Below, in pieces: positions 58,533-64,000 of a stretch of 64,000 nt of DNA. Numbering within the stretch: the first letter of the stretch is position 1; each line of letters starts with the position of its first letter. The translations under genes and the position numbers were made by a program. Below the pieces are notes generated by a model. The model was given only the letters and a program-made list of their open reading frames with translations. It was not told the DNA's origin and made no database searches. Origin of the DNA: an uncultured Gemmatimonadales bacterium (GTDB lineage Bacteria > Gemmatimonadota > Gemmatimonadetes > Gemmatimonadales > Gemmatimonadaceae); contig CAVPQB010000003.1 of assembly GCA_963707505.1 (NCBI GenBank), forward strand, positions 416,001 to 480,000. Direction: 5' to 3'.

Positions 58533-60305
58533 TCAGGGCCAGTTGTAAATCGAGTTCGGGATTGCGCGCTCGCGACTCGCCTGAACGTCGCCCGGCTCGC
58601 GCCAGAACCAGCGCGTGAAGTCGTGATTCGTGAATCGAATCTCGAACTTCGAGTCGCCGCGATCGTTCAGGGGGAAGGCGAAATCGACGCGCCATGTGCG
58701 CCGCGATCGCGGCGGCAAAGCGGCGAGAAGGCCGACACCGACAGCGTATTTGACGTTCGTATTGACGCCGAACGGCGCGTCACCAGCCCACAGACGCCCC
58801 GCATCCACCCAGATCGCGCTGGCGAGACCGGCGAACTGACGAACGTGTCCCAGGCGGTAACGGTCTTCCAATCTCATCACGACGCGCTGCGCACCGCCGA
58901 GATCCGACGAGCCGTAGCCTGGCATTCCGCCATCGCGGTCGGCAAGCGAGAGCTGAAACGGGACTCTCTGGCGCCAACCACCGCTGTACTCCACGTCGAT
59001 GATCGACGTGTGCTTGGTCGACGGATGGGCGTACCAGGCCGCTCTGCCGCTCGCGAGCACACCATCGAACCGGTGCGTGTCGAGATTGCGACGCCGCTCG
59101 CCCATGAACTCGATTCCTGCAAACGACTGCGGCGTGCCACGCCCGTAATAGAGATCGGTCGACATGAAATAGTCTCGCTCATCCTTGGGAGTCAGCTTGA
59201 TTCCCCGGCCGAACAGGGTCGCCAACTGCATCCCTGTGCGCACGTCCTGTGTCCCCTCAACGGCGTCGAAGGCTCGCACCGGCATGAAGCGCGAATTGCG
59301 AAAACCGAACAGCAGATTGACACGATCCGTCCGATGCTCACCGTAGCGCCCGATGAGTGCGGTGCTCGTGTCGGGAACAACCGTGTTGAGCACGAGCACC
59401 GGCATACGGCCGGTCCGCTCGCGCTCCTTGGAAACGGTCGCTCCTATCAGGAAAACATGACGCACGAGGCCGAACGCCAGAACTCCTCCGACGTCAGCGT
59501 ACGCACGCGTGAACGGAAGCGCGGCGTTGGGGTCTTTCCCGCGAAGGAAATACCTGTAACCGGTCGCAGAACCGGCCGACGCACGCCACGACGTACGTTG
59601 CAGATCGGTGAGGAATGGATGCGTTATGAGTGCGTCCCAAGTCCCGCCGATCTCGTTTCGCGTTCCCTGAATCGAAAGCTGATATGGCCTGCCGAACAAT
59701 TGATATTCCACAACGCGTGCCTTGTACACGTCGCGGTAGAACCGACTCTTCTCCCACGCTCCAGTTGCGGATAGCGCCGCTCCTGAAAGGTTCTCTTCAC
59801 CAAAACGCACCGAGCGAATGAGTGGCGACTTGGACGTGACGGCACCATCGAGCACGAGCGACACTTCGTCGAAGGTGACCACGTCGACGTCGACGCCACC
59901 AGTGCCATCAGGAGTCACGAGCAGGGACGCATCCGCGAGAAATGGCTGGGCGCGCAGAATGCGCTCGGCTTCGTGCAATCGCTGATCGACGCATGGATCG
60001 CCCACGCGGATCGGCAAAAAGCGGCTGATTATCTCAGGTCGCGTCGTAGCGTGGAGCTTCGTGGCCAATCTCGCGGCGCGCGCGGTGAGATTGGTGCCGC
60101 CCGCCTCGAACGGTGGGTACGTATGGATTTCTATCCGCGTTATGGTTTCGCCATGACAGAGCGGTGGGGCGGGTGCTGCGCTCACCGGCGCCGTGCTGCT
60201 CGGCGCCGCGTCGACGGGACTCTCCCCTTGCCCGCGCGCCGCCGCAGAGCAGATTCCGAGCAGAGTGCCGATCGACGCCATCCTCCAAGCCCAGAGCTGT
60301 GTCAT
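58533..60305 (-). CDS. Omp85/BamA-TamA-like outer-membrane protein (start may be 60281)
   Basis: POTRA-like T..IISRFL..EAERILRAQPFL; EENLSG; beta-barrel C-terminus DAGRLW..GVGL..RVDFAFPL. Confidence 0.72.
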   Translation of the reverse strand: MTQLWAWRMASIGTLLGICSAAARGQGESPVDAAPSSTAPVSAAPAPPLCHGETITRIEIHTYPPFEAGGTNLTARAARLATKLHATTRPEIISRFLPIRVGDPCVDQRLHEAERILRAQPFLADASLLVTPDGTGGVDVDVVTFDEVSLVLDGAVTSKSPLIRSVRFGEENLSGAALSATGAWEKSRFYRDVYKARVVEYQLFGRPYQLSIQGTRNEIGGTWDALITHPFLTDLQRTSWRASAGSATGYRYFLRGKDPNAALPFTRAYADVGGVLAFGLVRHVFLIGATVSKERERTGRMPVLVLNTVVPDTSTALIGRYGEHRTDRVNLLFGFRNSRFMPVRAFDAVEGTQDVRTGMQLATLFGRGIKLTPKDERDYFMSTDLYYGRGTPQSFAGIEFMGERRRNLDTHRFDGVLASGRAAWYAHPSTKHTSIIDVEYSGGWRQRVPFQLSLADRDGGMPGYGSSDLGGAQRVVMRLEDRYRLGHVRQFAGLASAIWVDAGRLWAGDAPFGVNTNVKYAVGVGLLAALPPRSRRTWRVDFAFPLNDRGDSKFEIRFTNHDFTRWFWREPGDVQASRERAIPNSIYNWP

Positions 60306-61027
60306 TCCGTCCTATTGTAGCGGTTAGCGCCGCAGTCCGCAGCGAGCGCGACGTACCGTCTGCGTATTTGAGAACGACCTACCTTACGGCCCTGGAGAAC
60401 GCAGGGCTTGTACCAATCGCTGCCGCCCCGCTGCAGGACCCCACTGCCGCCAATGCGCTCATGGAGCACGTGGACGCCCTGGTGCTAACCGGCGGCGCGG
60501 ACTTGAATCCTGCCCTGTACCACGAGCCGCGGCATCCCATGCTCGGAGCCGTGTCCGACATCAGGGATCGGTGGGAGATCGCGCTGGTCAATGCCGCGAA
60601 GCGACGTGGAACTCCCCTGCTCGCCATTTGCCGCGGCGCGCAGGTGCTCAATGTAGCGCTCGGCGGATCACTGATACAGGACCTTCCGAGCCAGCATCCT
60701 GGCGACATCAACCACGATCCCGATCGGCCACGCACGTCCCGCACGCATTCGGTCGAAATTCAGAGCGAATCGCGGCTCGCGCGCGCAATCGGGTTGACGA
60801 CCCTGGAAGTCAATTCCGTGCATCATCAATCGATCGAGCGCGTCGCGGACGAGCTTCGCGTGGTTGCGGTCGCGCCCGACGGCGTGATCGAGGGCGTAGA
60901 ATCTGCCGCAGATTCACCGTGGTGGTGCGTCGGAGTGCAGTGGCATCCGGAAGATCTGATCGGCACCACCGAGTCGTGGGACCGCGATATTTTCAGTGCA
61001 TTCGCCAGGGTGATCGGCAAACGGTGA
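60299..61027 (+). CDS. Gamma-glutamyl-GABA hydrolase-like (peptidase C26)
   Basis: LTGGADL, AICRGAQ, VNSVHHQ, GVQWHPE. Confidence 0.9.
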   Translation: MSFRPIVAVSAAVRSERDVPSAYLRTTYLTALENAGLVPIAAAPLQDPTAANALMEHVDALVLTGGADLNPALYHEPRHPMLGAVSDIRDRWEIALVNAAKRRGTPLLAICRGAQVLNVALGGSLIQDLPSQHPGDINHDPDRPRTSRTHSVEIQSESRLARAIGLTTLEVNSVHHQSIERVADELRVVAVAPDGVIEGVESAADSPWWCVGVQWHPEDLIGTTESWDRDIFSAFARVIGKR

Positions 61028-61037
61028 TCGGCAAATA

Positions 61038-62090
61038 GTGACGCTCCGATCGCTGCACATCGACGCTGGCCGCAGTTGGCGTGGCGGACAGCGCCAGGTA
61101 TTTCTACTGGCGACGTCGCTGCGCTCGCACGGACGCGAGCCGCTCGTCGTGAGCGTCGGCGGCTCTCCGTTGCTCGAACGGCTCCAGGCGGCAGGAATCG
61201 CCACAGCCTCGATCCCGATGCGGTCGGATTGGGATCTACGCTCCGCCAAACGACTGCGCTCGATCATTCGCGCATGGCGCCCGGACATCGTTCATGCGCA
61301 CGATGCGCGAGCCCACGCGATCGCGCTGATCGCCCTCGCGGGTGACACTACTCCGCTCGTTGTCACGCGTCGCGTTACGTTCCCGCTCAAATCGGTACGC
61401 GTGAAATACGGCCTGCGCGTCACGCGCTTCATTGCCATATCGAATGCGGTGAAGACGGCGATGGTGCGATCGGGTGTCGACGCCCACCGCATCGTCGTGG
61501 TGCACTCCGGCGTCCCGACGCCGTCCGCGCCCTCACCGCGAGACTGGCGCAAGGAGCTCGGCTGGCCGCGCGATACGGTACTGGCCGGCGTCGTGGGCGC
61601 GATGACGGCTGAAAAGGGAATCGATTCGCTACGGCACGTTGGCAGCTGGCTCAGCGAAAGCGCGATCGGCCGGACGCGCGTCATCCTCCTTGGCGGCACG
61701 GCAAAAGGACCCATCAAGCTGGGTCCGTTACGCGGCCAGCAGGCTGGCTTCATGTCCGACGTCCACAATGGGATGGCCGGCCTCGACATATTATGGCATC
61801 CAGCTGCCGAGGAAGGGCTTGGGACGGTTCTCATCGACTCGCTGGCCCTGCAGGTCCCGCCCGTAGCGTTCGACGTCGGCGGAATCTCCGAGATCGTAGA
61901 AGACGGCAAAAACGGACTCCTTGTCCCATTAGGCGACACTAAGGCCTTCGCAGCGGCGCATGAATCACTGCTGGACGCGGGTCTCCGGGGGCGTCTGGCG
62001 GCTGACGGCCCAGCTCGCGCGGCGCTTTTCAGCGTGGAAGCGATGACCCAAGGCGTGGAACGGGTGTACCAACAGATCCTTACCGCCTAA
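61038..62090 (+). CDS. Glycosyltransferase family 4
   Basis: WRGGQRQ, IVHAH, EGLGTVLIDS..GGISEIVEDGKNG. Confidence 0.9.
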   Translation: MTLRSLHIDAGRSWRGGQRQVFLLATSLRSHGREPLVVSVGGSPLLERLQAAGIATASIPMRSDWDLRSAKRLRSIIRAWRPDIVHAHDARAHAIALIALAGDTTPLVVTRRVTFPLKSVRVKYGLRVTRFIAISNAVKTAMVRSGVDAHRIVVVHSGVPTPSAPSPRDWRKELGWPRDTVLAGVVGAMTAEKGIDSLRHVGSWLSESAIGRTRVILLGGTAKGPIKLGPLRGQQAGFMSDVHNGMAGLDILWHPAAEEGLGTVLIDSLALQVPPVAFDVGGISEIVEDGKNGLLVPLGDTKAFAAAHESLLDAGLRGRLAADGPARAALFSVEAMTQGVERVYQQILTA

Positions 62091-62100
62091 CTTGAACGAC

Positions 62101-62841
62101 ATGCTTCACATTTGCATTCCAACGTACAACGAAGGCCCGACCGTGGGAGTTCTGCTCTGGCGCATCCGCAAGGTGTTCCAGGACTATTCGCGCGAGTACG
62201 AAGTCATCGTTTACGACGATGGAAGCACGGACGACACGGCGGCCACGCTGGAGCCGTACTGCAAGGTCCTTCCGCTCACGGTCTTGCATGGCGCCGCGAG
62301 GCAGGGCTTCGGTCACGCCCTGAGTGCGCTGTGCGCCGATGTTTCACGTCGGACCAAGTATCCACGACGCGACGCGATGGTCGTGATGCAGGCGGATTTT
62401 ACAGATCAGCCGGAATCACTTCCCGAGCTGCTCAAGAGGTTCGAGGGCGGCGCAGACATCGTAACAACAGAGCGGACACGGCAGAGCATGCCGGTAGCGG
62501 TGCGCAGGCTCGCGAAGTTCGGCCCGTGGATGATGCGCCCGTTCGTGTCGGCCAGGGACGTCGCCGATCCGTTCGCGTCGTTCAAGATGTATCGCATCTC
62601 GTTATTGCGCGATTATGCCAAGTCGTCCGGAGACGTTCCACTCGTGACGAGTGATGGATGGGCTGCCAACCTGGAGCTCTTTCTCAAGCTCGCGCCTCTC
62701 GCGCGCAAGATCGAGAAAGTTGCGGTCGAGCCGCGTTACGATCTGCGGCCCCGTGAAACGCGAGTTCGTCCCTTCGCGGATGCGATGGCGCTGTATCGCG
62801 CCGGGCGCGCATCGGGCGGGTGGCGCAAGGCAATTACGTGA
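62101..62841 (+). CDS. Glycosyltransferase family 2
   Basis: IPTYNE, YDDGSTDDT, MQADF. Confidence 0.88.
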   Translation: MLHICIPTYNEGPTVGVLLWRIRKVFQDYSREYEVIVYDDGSTDDTAATLEPYCKVLPLTVLHGAARQGFGHALSALCADVSRRTKYPRRDAMVVMQADFTDQPESLPELLKRFEGGADIVTTERTRQSMPVAVRRLAKFGPWMMRPFVSARDVADPFASFKMYRISLLRDYAKSSGDVPLVTSDGWAANLELFLKLAPLARKIEKVAVEPRYDLRPRETRVRPFADAMALYRAGRASGGWRKAIT

Positions 62842-63654
62842 CTGCGTCCGCGCTCATCAAGCTCGGAATCGGCAGGCAGCCTTTCCATCGCGCTCTGCGC
62901 GTCGGCGCAGACACCGACGGCCACAGGGCCGGCGACGGCGACGACAGTTGCGGCAACAACCAGAGTTGCGCAGGCTGACAGTCAGATGTCCGTGCCATTC
63001 GGCGTTGGCGAGACCGCCGAGTACGACGTCAAGTTCGGCGCGCTCAAGGTCGGCAGTGCGAGCACGCTGGTGAAGGACATCGAGCAGGTCCGCGGCATAT
63101 CTGCGTGGCACACCGTGTTCAGCCTGAAGGGCGGGACGTTCTTCTACCGCGTCGATGACGTTTTCGAGAGCTGGATAGATCGAAGCACGTTCTCTTCCCT
63201 GCGCTTTTACCAGACGCAGCAGGAAGGGTCGAGCGACCGACAGAAGCGTTACGAGATCTATCCCGATCGCGGCACGTACATGGAGATGGACAAGAAGCCG
63301 CCGCGCGATCACGCAGGGGTGAAGGATCCGCTGGACGATGGATCGTTTCTGTTCTTTGTGCGGACGCTACCGCTCGAAGTTGGGCACACCTACGAATCGA
63401 ACCGTTACTTCCGCCCCGAGCGCAACCCAATCCGCGTTCGCGTACTACGCAAGGAAACGATCGAGGTGCCCGCGGGAAAATTCGATTGCGTCGTGCTGCA
63501 GCCGGTCATCAAGACACAGGGGATATTCTCGGAGAATGGAAACGCCGAGGTGTGGCTGTCGGATGATAGCAGACACGTTCTGGTACAGCTCAAGTCGAAG
63601 CTGTCCTTCGGGTCGATCAATCTTTACTTGAGATCGTACAAGCCGGGCGCCTGA
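62838..63654 (+). CDS. DUF3108 family exported protein (indel near 62871 separates the signal peptide)
   Basis: GTG overlapping upstream stop gives a signal peptide; PFGVGE..Y..G..VG; ETIEVPAGKFDC; VWLSDD. Confidence 0.8.
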
Positions 63655-63672
63655 GGCGCCCGGCGCCCAACT

Positions 63673-63885
63673 CTAAAACCGATCCAGTGTCTTCCGCTGG
63701 CACTGGCTCCGGATCATCGCAGCCGTGTCGGGGCTGATGACGCGAATGATCAGATAGGCTATTCCGCCCACGACGGCGACCTTGATGGCGATCCCCAGGA
63801 CGAACATTGCGATACCGAACACCATGCCGAGCAGGATGCCACCAACGATGAGTGCGATACCGAGGAAGAAGATGGTACGCAGCAT
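63673..63885 (-). CDS. Small membrane protein
   Basis: 70 aa with a long hydrophobic stretch; GGAGAG upstream. Confidence 0.7.
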   Translation of the reverse strand: MLRTIFFLGIALIVGGILLGMVFGIAMFVLGIAIKVAVVGGIAYLIIRVISPDTAAMIRSQCQRKTLDRF

Positions 63886-64000
63886 TTCTGAACTCTCCGT
63901 TTAGAATAGTACGGAGCATGCGAGCTCCGACCGAATTCCTGTTGAATTTCCTACGACCGTTTGACACCCTCCGGGCATCAAATGGTTGCTGACGTAACGG

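Noticed and set aside
63900..64000. Two small inverted repeats and TTGACA at the window end
   Set aside because: Truncated context and no matching -10; cannot be assigned.

Overview
High-GC bacterial chromosomal segment, mostly core genome. Gene content and style (plug-only TonB-like protein, DUF4402, DUF3108, V4R protein, CxxxY CcmE) suggest Gemmatimonadota; this is an inference. In order, the window holds: a TonB plug/TonB-C fusion; a cytochrome c maturation cluster (ccmE-F-H-I) behind a di-heme cytochrome; topoisomerase IB plus uracil-DNA glycosylase; echA-recF-dciA-gyrB; an usher-less pilin/chaperone pair; pdp; a DivK-like/diguanylate cyclase/ligA/V4R operon; TPR-ParA-lipoprotein-FadD; a 6S-like RNA directly upstream of a PTPS-folE-SDR-Trm112 pterin operon; an eight-gene operon with an archaeal-style NurA-HerA-Mre11-Rad50 set; a degenerate DEAD-box protein; tdk; a four-gene type IV minor-pilin operon with a divergent AraC-like regulator; coaE, gcvH, gcvP; an Opp ABC system plus POT transporter; an Omp85-family protein; a PuuD-like hydrolase; glycosyltransferases. 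About 15 genes, including ligA, recF and folE, are split by small indels that look like long-read consensus errors, so I treat them as intact genes. I saw no rRNA, tRNA, CRISPR array, IS element or prophage. All calls come from motif recognition by eye, with no database searches. The best leads are the NurA-HerA-Mre11-Rad50 operon with its inserted exported protein, the 6S RNA-pterin operon coupling, the variant Ccm system and the pseudo-helicase.
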